Positions 27,495 to 36,860 of a DNA stretch of 64,000 nt are shown piece after piece. This stretch comes from Chthoniobacterales bacterium. Its GTDB lineage: Bacteria > Verrucomicrobiota > Verrucomicrobiia > Chthoniobacterales > Chthoniobacteraceae. The position numbers were made by a program, and so were the translations under genes. Location: the NCBI GenBank assembly GCA_038207335.1, contig JBBQZX010000018.1, forward strand, positions 32,001 to 96,000. The letters are read 5' to 3'. The number at the start of each line of letters is the position of its first letter. Position 1 is the first letter of the stretch. A model generated the notes under the pieces. That model saw nothing but the letters and a program-made list of their open reading frames with translations. It was not told the DNA's origin and made no database searches.

Positions 27495-28774
27495 ATTTCG
27501 CGAGCCCACTCCGGCCGCTCGCGGAGGTGATACAACATCTCCCCAGCCTTCGGAACCAGCAGCACGCCCTCGTCCTCGCGGTTCGCAAAATCCGCCGGGT
27601 CGATCGTCGCAGGGTCGCGATAACCGAGATTCACCGCCTCGCATTCCTCGCGCGGGATACCGGTCGCGAGCGTCACGCGGACGCGCAGCTTCTCCACGCC
27701 GTTCTCGTATTTTCCGATCCCCGCGACGTGCGTCGAGTGCGCGAGCGTGCCCCACGGGAAATCTTTGAACTTCTCCCACTGCCCCAAAAAATAGCCGACG
27801 CAGTGATAGCCGACCCGTCGGATGAGGTCGCCGTGCGTGACCGAAATCTCGTGGATGTGCGGCGCGTAGATAATGAGTTCGCCCCCATCCGCGATCACGG
27901 GCTCGAGTTTATACATGCACTTCGCGCCGACCCAGAGTTCGTCATACATCTTCGGAGCGCACGAGAGGACTGTGTGAAACGGGCGCTCTTTATACGTGAT
28001 GTGCAGCCGCCGCGAGAGCTCGGAAGCCTGATCCCATGCGGCTTCCGGGCTGCCGATGAAAAGCCCCGCGAGCTGTCCGGCCTCGACGACCATGCACATG
28101 CACAGCTTCGGGACGGTCACCATTGCACCGACGTGATCGACCACTTTTCTCACGGGCGTCCATTTGTTTCCGATGATCAGCGGGTTCGTGACGATCGCAC
28201 CGAGCCAGTGGAAAAAATTGAGCACTTCCGGCCCGCTCACGCCGGGGAAGAGGTATTTGTTGCCGCCGGAAAAACCGACAACCTCGTGAGGAAAAACCGG
28301 GCCGCAGATCACGAGCTGATCGTAGTCGAAAATACGCGCGTTGATGTTCACCGGCACCTCCATCGCGAAGAGTCCGCCAGTCAGCTCGCGTGTCGTCTCC
28401 TCGCTCAGCGTGCCGATATTTCGCAGAGCGCCGGGGTCGTCCCACGCGTGATTGAAAAATCGGACGCCCGCATATTTCCCACTCCGCTCCTCCGCCGATA
28501 TCTCTAGCCGCGCACAAATCGCCTCGTCGCTCATCGGTTGATGCGTGCCGAGCGCGATCATCACATCGAAGGCTTTCGTGACATGCCCGACCTGATCGAA
28601 AATCCCGGTAAACAGCATCCCCAGCGGGCATGTCCGTGTCGCATCCGGCACGATCAGCAAGATGCGCCGGTCTTTGAAATCCTTTGCCGGACAGGCCTGC
28701 GCGATGAGCTCGCGCGTCTGCTCGGTACTCAGATTCGACCCGTCGGGAGCGGTTTTTGAGATCGTGGGAGCCAT
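27491..28774 (-). CDS. LarA-family (nickel-pincer-dependent racemase/epimerase) protein
   Basis: IVPDATR, IALGTH, VFPHEVVGFSGGNKYLFPG; start at MAPTISK. Confidence 0.85.
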   Translation of the reverse strand: MAPTISKTAPDGSNLSTEQTRELIAQACPAKDFKDRRILLIVPDATRTCPLGMLFTGIFDQVGHVTKAFDVMIALGTHQPMSDEAICARLEISAEERSGKYAGVRFFNHAWDDPGALRNIGTLSEETTRELTGGLFAMEVPVNINARIFDYDQLVICGPVFPHEVVGFSGGNKYLFPGVSGPEVLNFFHWLGAIVTNPLIIGNKWTPVRKVVDHVGAMVTVPKLCMCMVVEAGQLAGLFIGSPEAAWDQASELSRRLHITYKERPFHTVLSCAPKMYDELWVGAKCMYKLEPVIADGGELIIYAPHIHEISVTHGDLIRRVGYHCVGYFLGQWEKFKDFPWGTLAHSTHVAGIGKYENGVEKLRVRVTLATGIPREECEAVNLGYRDPATIDPADFANREDEGVLLVPKAGEMLYHLRERPEWAREM

Positions 28775-28805
28775 GAGAAACTCTAGCTCAGAAGACGGCT
28801 CTTGC

Positions 28806-29615
28806 TCAAATCGTCTGCGATAAAAAGCCGCCATCGACGCGGAGGTCGATGCCGGTGACGAAGCCCGCGGCGCGGCGGCTCGCGAGGAAAATCGCGGCTC
28901 CGACGAGTTCTTTCGCGTCGCCAAAACGCGCCATCGGCGTGTGGCCGAGGATGGATTGCGTGCGCGCGGTCGGGGAGCCGTCGTTGTTGAAGAGCAGTTT
29001 GCGATTTTGCTCGGCGGGGAAAAAGCCGGGGGTCAGCGAGTTCACGCGGACGCCTTTCGTCGCCCACTCGCGCGCAAGGAATTGCGTGAGGCTCAGCACG
29101 GCGGCCTTTGAGGCGGAATAAGTGACGACTCGCGAGAGCGGCAGATGCGCGGAGACGCTCGCGATATTGATGATGCTGCCGAGTCCTCGCGCCGCCATCG
29201 CCGGGCCGAATTCCTGGCATGGCAGCAGCGCACCGCCGACGAGGTTCAGGTCGAAATTCGCGCGCCAATCGTCGGCGGAAATCTGCTCGAACGAGCGCTC
29301 CGCTGTAACCGTGACTTTCGGGTCGTTGCCGCCCGCGGCATTCACCAAGACGGTCGGCGCGCCGAGTTCCGCGGAGATCACCGCGTGCGCTGCGGCGAGA
29401 CTCGCGCGGTCGGTGGAATCCGCGGACACGAACATTGCGCGCCCGCCCGCATCGACGATCGCCTTCGCCCGCGCCGCGCCACGTTCGGCGTTGCGCCCGA
29501 GCACCGCGACGCGCGCGCCCGCGCTCGCGAGGCCCTCGGCAAGCGCGCCGCCGAGGACGCCCGTGGCACCGATGACGACCGCAATTTCATCCGACAAATC
29601 GAAGAGTGAATTCAT
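28806..29615 (-). CDS. SDR oxidoreductase, D-mannonate oxidoreductase/gluconate 5-dehydrogenase-like
   Basis: GATGVLG, LVNAAGGN, YSASKAA, PGFFPAEQNRKLL, TPMARFG. Confidence 0.85.
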   Translation of the reverse strand: MNSLFDLSDEIAVVIGATGVLGGALAEGLASAGARVAVLGRNAERGAARAKAIVDAGGRAMFVSADSTDRASLAAAHAVISAELGAPTVLVNAAGGNDPKVTVTAERSFEQISADDWRANFDLNLVGGALLPCQEFGPAMAARGLGSIINIASVSAHLPLSRVVTYSASKAAVLSLTQFLAREWATKGVRVNSLTPGFFPAEQNRKLLFNNDGSPTARTQSILGHTPMARFGDAKELVGAAIFLASRRAAGFVTGIDLRVDGGFLSQTI

Positions 29616-29760
29616 ACGGAAACGAGGACAACGGGGGCGGCGCGCGTTGGCAAGAACGCTCGGGTGCTTCGTGAATATGGATTGACAATTCGCGAACCAC
29701 GCTAGCGAGTGTCCTCGCCGGAAACTGGCACCATCCCTTTCGTTTTGAAAATGGGCGCTT

Positions 29761-30747
29761 TCAGCGCTGCACTCGCCCGCCGTGTGTGCCGCGCGCTAGG
29801 GCTTCGACTTCGGAGAGGGAGACGAGATTGAAATCGCCGGGGATCGTGTGTTTGAGCGCGCTCGCGGCCACCGCAAAGTCCAGCGCGGCTTGCGATTTGT
29901 CACCGCGCATCAGCGCGAAAATCAGCGCGCCGGTGAAGCTGTCGCCCGCTCCGACTCGATCGACGATCGCGATGTCGTGCGTCTCGGAAGTGAACGCGCC
30001 GCTTTCATCGAAGAACATCGCGGCCCATTCCGTTTCGCATGCGCGCTCGGCCTTTCGCTGCGTCATCGCGACGCGCGCAATGCCAAATTTCTCGCGCATC
30101 TTCGCTGCGATCTCAGCCTCCGAGGCGCCTTCGATCCCGAGCACGCTTCGCGCTTCCTCTGCGCCGCAGACGCACAAATCGACATGCTCCAACAGCGGCG
30201 CGAGCACCGCGCCGGCCTGCTGCGGCGTCCAGAGTTTCGCCCGATAATTCAGGTCGAAACTCACCGTGAGCCCCGCCCGCCGCGCCGCAGCGCACGCCTC
30301 GCGACTCAGCTCCACGGCTGATTCCGAGAGCGCAGGCGTGATCCCGGACCAATGAAACCAGCGCGCCCCATCGAAGATTTTCTCCCAGTCAAAATCACCC
30401 GCCGACGCCTCGGAAATCGCGCTGTGAGCTCGGTCGTAAATGATCTTCCCCGCGCGCTGACTCGCCCCCTGCTCGAGAAAATAAACACCGATCCGCGACC
30501 CGCCGCGCACGATCCAATCGACCCCCACGCGACAGCGCCGCAGCTCATCCAACGCGCGATCCGCGAGTTCGTTTTCCGGCAGCCGCGTCACAAATCCCGC
30601 GCTCCCGCCGAGCTGCGCGATCATAACCGCGACGTTCGCCTCCGCGCCGCCAAACGTCACCTCGAGCTGCTGCGCCTGCGCAAACCGCTGATGCCCCGGC
30701 GTCGTGAGACGCAGCATGATTTCACCGAAAGCAACAACGTCGGGCAT
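29761..30747 (-). CDS. kdgK: 2-dehydro-3-deoxygluconokinase (PfkB family)
   Basis: FGEIMLRL, GGAEANVA, SFDLNYR, DRVGAGDSF, LKHTIPGD. Confidence 0.88.
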   Translation of the reverse strand: MPDVVAFGEIMLRLTTPGHQRFAQAQQLEVTFGGAEANVAVMIAQLGGSAGFVTRLPENELADRALDELRRCRVGVDWIVRGGSRIGVYFLEQGASQRAGKIIYDRAHSAISEASAGDFDWEKIFDGARWFHWSGITPALSESAVELSREACAAARRAGLTVSFDLNYRAKLWTPQQAGAVLAPLLEHVDLCVCGAEEARSVLGIEGASEAEIAAKMREKFGIARVAMTQRKAERACETEWAAMFFDESGAFTSETHDIAIVDRVGAGDSFTGALIFALMRGDKSQAALDFAVAASALKHTIPGDFNLVSLSEVEALARGTHGGRVQR

Positions 30748-30784
30748 AGCACCGGAGAATGTGCGATTCGCGCCACCCGCACCA

Positions 30785-30814
30785 AACGAAAAGCGCCGCC
30801 TCATCGGCGGCGCT
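30785..30814 (-). terminator. intrinsic terminator after the DUF1080 gene
   Basis: AGCGCCGCC-tcatc-GGCGGCGCT with a minus-strand T-rich tail. Confidence 0.6.
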
Positions 30815-30846
30815 GATCGCAATTCAATCTGCGCAGGATCGAGCCG

Positions 30847-31467
30847 CTACTCGGTCGGCAGCTCCTTGATCTCGATCTTCCGGAAGCTCACCGCCCCGTG
30901 ATTTCCCTGCAAAAAGATCGCGCCCGGCTCCTTCACCTTGTTGTCGATCTCACTCCCCGTCGCCACGTCGCATTCGACCGCGTCGTGGATTTTGACGCCG
31001 TTCAAAATCACCGTGATCTTGTTCCCGACGATCGTCGCTTCGCACGTCTGCCACTCGCTTCCCGGCTTCGACACGAACTCCGACGGCGCCTCGAAATTGT
31101 AGATCGCACCGTTGCCGTTCTTCGCGGGCTTGCCAGCCGCGAAGTCGCCGAGGATCTGGAGCTCGTGCCGACCGCGCAGATAGAATCCCGAGTTCGACCC
31201 GTCCGGCACCTGATACTCGTAGCGCACCGTGAAGTTCCAAAACTTCTTGTCCGTCACGAGATCGACGCCGTGCTCGCCGGACTGCAAATCATTGTGTAGC
31301 ACGCCGCCGTCTTCGATCTTCCACGCGCTGTGCCCATTCTCTTCGCGGAGATGCCAGCCGGCCAGGTTTTTGCCGTTGAAAAGCGGCACGAACCCGGCAT
31401 CCGAATCCGCCGCGAAAGCCGCGGACGCAGCGCCGATGAGTACGAGGAAAAGTGAAAGCAATCTCAT
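30847..31467 (-). CDS. DUF1080 family protein
   Basis: LFNGKNLAGW, SNSGFYLRG, IFLQGNHG. Confidence 0.9.
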   Translation of the reverse strand: MRLLSLFLVLIGAASAAFAADSDAGFVPLFNGKNLAGWHLREENGHSAWKIEDGGVLHNDLQSGEHGVDLVTDKKFWNFTVRYEYQVPDGSNSGFYLRGRHELQILGDFAAGKPAKNGNGAIYNFEAPSEFVSKPGSEWQTCEATIVGNKITVILNGVKIHDAVECDVATGSEIDNKVKEPGAIFLQGNHGAVSFRKIEIKELPTE

Positions 31468-31492
31468 AGGTATGAGTCGTAAATGACGCGCG

Positions 31493-32497
31493 TCACTTCA
31501 CGTTCGGATTTGGTGCCGAGCTGCCGTCGGCGAGCCCGAGCGCCCATTTGATTCCGCCCAAAATGTGCGCCTGATACTGCTTGCTCATCTCCACGGAATT
31601 CTTCCGATCTTTCAAATCCGCGCTGTCATCCCACAGATCCTCGCGATGCCCGAGCGACGTGTAGAAAACGCGCCCTTTTTCCGCCATGCGGCACCACGAA
31701 ACCGGAAAGAAAACCTCTTTCGTCACCTCATTCGGATCGTGGCGCATGAACCAAATCGCATGCACCTTCGACGAATCCTGACGCTTGATGTGATACATCT
31801 CCTCCTGCACCAAGTCCCATTTCGCGCCGATCCCACCATTCGCCGGATGCGACTCATCGCCCGCGATCAAATTCGCCGGCACTTGCGCGCCATGCCCGCC
31901 AAATTCGCCCTGCAGCATATCGAGATATCCGGGAAATCCGTGAAAAGTATCGCTCGCCGAGTGCATCCCCATGAACGCGTGCCCATCCTCGATCCATTTG
32001 ATGAAACCGTCCTTGTCCGGCAGCAGCAGGTCGCCTGTCGTGTTGGCGAAAATCACGCCGTCGATGTTTTTGGCCTTCAGATTCTCGGGCGAAAGTTTCG
32101 CCAGGCTCGCCTTCATCTGCGTCTCGAAATCGCCCGCCGCCGACTTCGACTTCGCATCCATCTCCGGCGTCCACTTCGCCATCTCCGCCTCATACTTCTC
32201 CTTGTCCTTCGCGTAGTTTGCCTTCGCCTTTTCATCGGCGTCCGATTTCGGCTCATTCGGTTTGTTCGGCTTCCGCGGCACCTGCACATCGGGCTGCCGC
32301 GCAAAATCGACGATCGTGAATGCTTTCGATTCGTCCGCGAGCTTCTGTAGCGTCTTCTCCGCAGTCGCGATCGAGCTGTGTCGGAAGCCCGTCGTGACCG
32401 TGCAGACGATGACCTTTTTCGGCTCTGCCGCCTGTGAGGAAAACACCGGCAGCGCGAGCGCTGCGGCGAGGATGAGTGTGAGGGAGGTTTTGTTCAT
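31493..32497 (-). CDS. ThuA (trehalose utilisation)-like domain protein
   Basis: TTGFRHSSI, FANTTGDL, GMHSASDT, GRVFYTSLGH. Confidence 0.88.
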   Translation of the reverse strand: MNKTSLTLILAAALALPVFSSQAAEPKKVIVCTVTTGFRHSSIATAEKTLQKLADESKAFTIVDFARQPDVQVPRKPNKPNEPKSDADEKAKANYAKDKEKYEAEMAKWTPEMDAKSKSAAGDFETQMKASLAKLSPENLKAKNIDGVIFANTTGDLLLPDKDGFIKWIEDGHAFMGMHSASDTFHGFPGYLDMLQGEFGGHGAQVPANLIAGDESHPANGGIGAKWDLVQEEMYHIKRQDSSKVHAIWFMRHDPNEVTKEVFFPVSWCRMAEKGRVFYTSLGHREDLWDDSADLKDRKNSVEMSKQYQAHILGGIKWALGLADGSSAPNPNVK

Positions 32498-32584
32498 GTG
32501 GGTTGTTTAGGTGTGGTTTTTAGATGCGTGGGTAGATCGAGAACCCGCGTCGTGCGCATTGATTAGCGGCGGCGTTGCGACCTT

Positions 32585-32917
32585 TTAGATTCCCATGTTC
32601 GAGAGCGTCACCGCGATGCGGTTCACCGTCTCCACGAGCTTCGGATGCGTTGCCTCCAGCCCATCTACCGACGCATTCAGCTCGCCGAGCGCGCCTTCGA
32701 ATTGCTCCGGCTGCCGCTCCCCGCGGATACTTTCATCCGCCGAGGCATCGACCGATCGCGCCACCCGCATCGCCTCCGCCTCGCGCGTTTCAGACAGCAT
32801 GCCGACCTCCGCCTTGAGCTGCTCGAGCAGCGCCAAAAGCTCCGCCTTTCCCGGCTCGGCGAGAGACTGGCTCTCTTGGACTTTCGTGCTAATTCGGTCG
32901 ATGTGCTCCTGAATCAT
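32585..32917 (-). CDS. DUF4404 family protein
   Basis: C-terminal LEATHPKLVETVNRIAVTLSNMGI. Confidence 0.8.
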   Translation of the reverse strand: MIQEHIDRISTKVQESQSLAEPGKAELLALLEQLKAEVGMLSETREAEAMRVARSVDASADESIRGERQPEQFEGALGELNASVDGLEATHPKLVETVNRIAVTLSNMGI

Positions 32918-33014
32918 GCGCCCACTTTACCGCCCCCGCGCGCACTCCACCATCGCCGAATGAATCCACCCTCGACCTTGTCTCCACGGGCATTCGCGGG
33001 TTTTCTTGGTGAAA

Positions 33015-33599
33015 ATGAATGCACCAAAAATCCTCGCCTTCGCCGGCAGCACGCGCACCGAATCCTTCAATAAACGCCTCGCCGCGATCGCCGCTGAAGG
33101 CGCGCGCGAAGCCGGTGCCGAGGTCTCGCTCATCGACCTTCGCGATTTTCCCATGCCGCTCTACGACGGAGATTTGGAGGACGAGAGCGGCCTCCCCGAC
33201 AACGCCAAAAAACTCAAAGCGCTGCTCGTCGCGTGCGACGGATTCATCGTCGCCTCGCCCGAATACAACAGCTCGATCACCGGCGTCCTAAAGAACGCAA
33301 TCGACTGGGCCTCGCGCACCGAAACCGACGCAGAGCAAGCACTGGCGGGCTTTCGCGGGAAGGTCGCCGCAATTTGTAGCGCCTCGCCAGGCGGCCTTGG
33401 CGGGATGCGCGGCCTCGTCACGTTGCGCTCCATATTGGGGAACATCGGCGTCATCGTGCTGCCCGACCAAGTCGCGATTTCGAGCGCCTCCACGGCCTTC
33501 GACGAAGCCGGCCAGCTCAAAGACGCCCTCAAGCAAAGCAGCGTCAAAGCCCTCGGCCGCACCCTCGCCGAACTCCTCAAAAAGACCGCTGCAAAATAG
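33015..33599 (+). CDS. NADPH-dependent FMN reductase
   Basis: FAGSTRTESFN, SPEYNSSITGVLKNAIDW, SPGGLGG. Confidence 0.92.
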   Translation: MNAPKILAFAGSTRTESFNKRLAAIAAEGAREAGAEVSLIDLRDFPMPLYDGDLEDESGLPDNAKKLKALLVACDGFIVASPEYNSSITGVLKNAIDWASRTETDAEQALAGFRGKVAAICSASPGGLGGMRGLVTLRSILGNIGVIVLPDQVAISSASTAFDEAGQLKDALKQSSVKALGRTLAELLKKTAAK

Positions 33600-33605
33600 C
33601 GCGCG

Positions 33606-34379
33606 ATGACCGGAATCGAAGCGCTCGCCCTCGCCACCGCGGCTGCGCTCGCAGGCGCGATCAATGCCGTCGCGGGCGGTGGCACGATGCTCACATTTCC
33701 CGCACTGCTAGCGTTCGGCACGCCAGCGGTCATCGCGAATGCGACGAGCACGCTGGCGCTCGTCATCGGCACAGCAGGGAGCATCTTCGGCTTCCGCTCG
33801 AAGATCGCAAAAGTGAAGCCGTGGCTCGGGCGCTTCATCCCCGCGAGCGCGCTTGGCGGCTTTCTTGGCAGTTGGTTGCTCACGCGCACGAGCGAGTCGG
33901 TGTTCGCGCGTCTCGTCCCGTATCTCATCCTTTTCGCGACTGTTCTTTTCGTCGCGCAAAACGCCTTCCGCCGCTTTGCGCGCACCGAGAAAGGCGAAAC
34001 CCCCGTCACGACTCGGCGCGCAGTTTGGATCGCCGTGCTTTTCCAATTCGGCGTCGCGATCTACGGCGGATATTTCGGCGCTGGCATCGGCATCCTGATG
34101 CTCGCGTCGCTCGGCTTGCTCGGCCTCTCCGACATCCACGAGATGAACGCGCTCAAGAACATCCTCGGCTCGCTCATCAATCTCGTAGCGGCCGCGTGGT
34201 TCGTCGCCAGTGGCCTCATCGACTGGCCAAAGGCCGGGGTCATGACGGCAGGCGCGCTGGCGGGATATTTCCTCGGCGCGCACTTTTCGCAGCGCATTCC
34301 GCAGCCGCGCATCCGCCAGCTCATCACCGTCATCGGCCTCACGATTTCCGCCGTCATGTTCTACCGGCAGTTTGCATAG
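33606..34379 (+). CDS. sulfite exporter TauE/SafE (TSUP) family protein
   Basis: AGAINAVAGGG...ANATS; YGGYFGAGIG. Confidence 0.9.
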   Translation: MTGIEALALATAAALAGAINAVAGGGTMLTFPALLAFGTPAVIANATSTLALVIGTAGSIFGFRSKIAKVKPWLGRFIPASALGGFLGSWLLTRTSESVFARLVPYLILFATVLFVAQNAFRRFARTEKGETPVTTRRAVWIAVLFQFGVAIYGGYFGAGIGILMLASLGLLGLSDIHEMNALKNILGSLINLVAAAWFVASGLIDWPKAGVMTAGALAGYFLGAHFSQRIPQPRIRQLITVIGLTISAVMFYRQFA

Positions 34380-34449
34380 CCTAATCTCAAAGCGGGGGGC
34401 TGAGCCACACTTGATCGCCAGACGATCCGCCGCCATTTTCACAACCAAA

Positions 34450-35553
34450 ATGACCGCCCGCATCCTCGCGCTCACCGTCGCACTGCTCGCCCCATTTTCC
34501 CGCGCCGACGAGCCCGCACCACCCGACGAGCAAGCCCATTTCCTAGCCGGCCTACCCGTGCGCGGCACACCGCTGGAACATGTCTCGCTGACCTACGAAT
34601 GGACCGAGCACGCCAGCGCACTCGACGCCGCGTGGCGGAAACTCGAATCCCGCCAACTCGCTCCGATCCGAGCCTGGTCGCCCCAATTCCTCGGCCTCGC
34701 CGCAACCGAAACCACCCCACTTTTCTACACATTCAGCGGCCCCGATTTCCTCTACGCACACGCATTTTTCCCAGACGCCTCGACCTATATCCTCTGCGGC
34801 ATCGAGCCCATCGGCGCGCTGCCAGATGTCATGAGCGTCCCGACCGACACGCTCGCCCATTCGCTCGCGCTCCTGCGCCAGTCGCTCGATTCCGCCCTAA
34901 ATTTCGGCTTCTTCATCAGCAAAGACATGCGCGCCGAATTCGAGCAAAACCAGCTCAACGGCACGCTCCCCATCCTCTACATTTTCCTCGCGCGCTCCGG
35001 CTGCCACATCGATTCCGTCGAATTCCTCCGCGTCCAGAAAGACGGCACCCTCACGCCCGGCGAAGGCGCAAATCCCGGTGTAAAAATCACATTCACCACA
35101 ACCGACCATGCACCGCAGACGCTCTACTACTTTTCGACCGACCTCTCCGACGGCCCGGTGGAAAAAAGTGGCTTTCTGCGCTGGTGCGACACATTCGGCG
35201 AGGGCAGCGGATTCTTGAAAGCCGCGTCTTATCTAATGCACGGCGGCAACTTCGACACCGTGCGAAAGTTCCTCCTCACGCACTGCCGCACCCTCGTCGA
35301 GGACGACTCGGGGATCCCCCTGCGCTTCTTCGCCCCAACCAATTGGCGCCTGCGTTTCTGCGGTGCCTATCCCGGCCCGATCGAGATTTTCAAAGAACAC
35401 TTCCAGCCCCAGCTCGCCGCCACTTTTCACGGCGCTCATCCCGCTCCACTGCCATTCGGCTTCGGCTACCGCTGGCAGCGCGCGGAATCGACGCTCATCA
35501 TCGCGAAGAAAAAAACGCCCGCGGTGGAAAACGCCTTACCGCCCGAGCAGTAG
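34450..35553 (+). CDS. secreted hypothetical protein
   Basis: Signal peptide; globular sequence (YTFSGPDFL, KAASYLMH, DDSGIP, FGFGY). Confidence 0.75.
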   Translation: MTARILALTVALLAPFSRADEPAPPDEQAHFLAGLPVRGTPLEHVSLTYEWTEHASALDAAWRKLESRQLAPIRAWSPQFLGLAATETTPLFYTFSGPDFLYAHAFFPDASTYILCGIEPIGALPDVMSVPTDTLAHSLALLRQSLDSALNFGFFISKDMRAEFEQNQLNGTLPILYIFLARSGCHIDSVEFLRVQKDGTLTPGEGANPGVKITFTTTDHAPQTLYYFSTDLSDGPVEKSGFLRWCDTFGEGSGFLKAASYLMHGGNFDTVRKFLLTHCRTLVEDDSGIPLRFFAPTNWRLRFCGAYPGPIEIFKEHFQPQLAATFHGAHPAPLPFGFGYRWQRAESTLIIAKKKTPAVENALPPEQ

Positions 35554-36555
35554 CCGCAGAAACTCCCCATCCGAAAATCGCGCGTCGGTACCCTGCCGCA
35601 CGATGATCAACTCCATCGACGGAATCACGAAAAGCCGCTGATACCCCGAGCCCACCGCCGCCACCAAATCCGCCGGTGCCGCACGGCAGATGCACGCCCG
35701 CCGCCAATCCTGCTGCGCCCACTTTTTCTCAAGCATCTCCTCGATGTCGAATTCCCGCGCCCCGGCGCTGCCTGCCGTGCGATTATTCCAGAAGCCAATG
35801 CCAAACGCCGGATTCGCGCCCGTGCCCCAGAAACACTGTGCCAGCGAGCCTTCCGCGACCACGGGCGAGCCACCGCGCAGGATCAGCCGCCCCATCCGCG
35901 ACCACTGCTCCGCCGTCATCTGAAAACCCGATGCCAGCAGCGGATTCCCGGCCCCGTCAAGCTTGTAAATCTGCGTCCCGAGTCCCAGCGGCTTCATCAC
36001 TTTCTTCTCAAGCCACCCGACCGGCGTCGTCCCGCGCGCCGCGAGTTTTCGTTTGAAAATCTCACCAAATACCTGCAGCGCCGCCGGCCCGTAGATGAAG
36101 CTCCTGCCGGCCTCCCCAACGATCGGCACCCGCAGCGCCACCGAATTCCGATCCGGCAAATCGCTGTGCAAATGAAACTCCGCATCCAGCCCGCTCGTGA
36201 AGCTCAGCAGCTCCCGGATCGTCAGGCGCGACTTCGCCGCATCCTCGCGCCACTCCGGCAGCGTTTCCGCCGCGCGCTCGTCCATTTTCAAAATCCCATC
36301 CTCCGCCGCCGCCAGCGCCGCCAGCACCCAAAAGCTCTTCGTCCCGCTGTAAATTTTATGCGGCTCTCCCCTTGCCGCACCATTTTCCACCTCATGAAAA
36401 AGCACATTTTCATGTTGGATCACGAGCAGCTCCAGCCCCCGCCGCGCCGTCGAATACCGCGCCGCCGCCGCGATGTCCGCGCGCCTCAAATCGCCCGCAA
36501 ACGCGCTCTCGCACAGCAATCCGACGATCAAAAGAATTCCGAATCGCGTTCGCAT
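35536..36555 (-). CDS. serine hydrolase, beta-lactamase family
   Basis: YSGTKS (SxxK), TIRELLSFTSGL, IPSMELIIVR. Confidence 0.85.
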   Translation of the reverse strand: MRTRFGILLIVGLLCESAFAGDLRRADIAAAARYSTARRGLELLVIQHENVLFHEVENGAARGEPHKIYSGTKSFWVLAALAAAEDGILKMDERAAETLPEWREDAAKSRLTIRELLSFTSGLDAEFHLHSDLPDRNSVALRVPIVGEAGRSFIYGPAALQVFGEIFKRKLAARGTTPVGWLEKKVMKPLGLGTQIYKLDGAGNPLLASGFQMTAEQWSRMGRLILRGGSPVVAEGSLAQCFWGTGANPAFGIGFWNNRTAGSAGAREFDIEEMLEKKWAQQDWRRACICRAAPADLVAAVGSGYQRLFVIPSMELIIVRQGTDARFSDGEFLRLLLGR

Positions 36556-36605
36556 TGACTCGATCTCTCCACTCTCAACCAAAAACTCTCAACTTCCAAA
36601 AAGAG

Positions 36606-36678
36606 TGGATGAGCTGGGAATCGAACCCAGAACCTAGCGATTAAGAGTCGCTTGCTCTGCCAATTGAGCTACTCATCC
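36606..36678 (-). tRNA. tRNA-Lys (anticodon CTT), CCA not encoded
   Basis: GGATGAGTAGCTCAATTGGCAGAGCAAGCGACTCTTAATCGCTAGGTTCTGGGTTCGATTCCCAGCTCATCCA folds as a cloverleaf. Confidence 0.96.
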
Positions 36679-36860
36679 GAACGCCCTGTCGCAGTGGCCG
36701 GGCCACCTGACAAAAACGGGCGCGAACATTAGCCCCAGCGCGCCTCCCCTCAAGGCTTTTTTTTCGCACCACCCAGCTCCGAAAAGAGCGCCCCGCAAAT
36801 CCGCAAAGGCTTGTCTGGAAAGCCATCTGCGACACTTTCCTGCGCCTCCCGCTTCCCAGC

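Noticed and set aside
36560..36700. tRNA-Lys as an island or prophage integration site
   Set aside because: No integrase and no duplicated tRNA 3' end seen in the window
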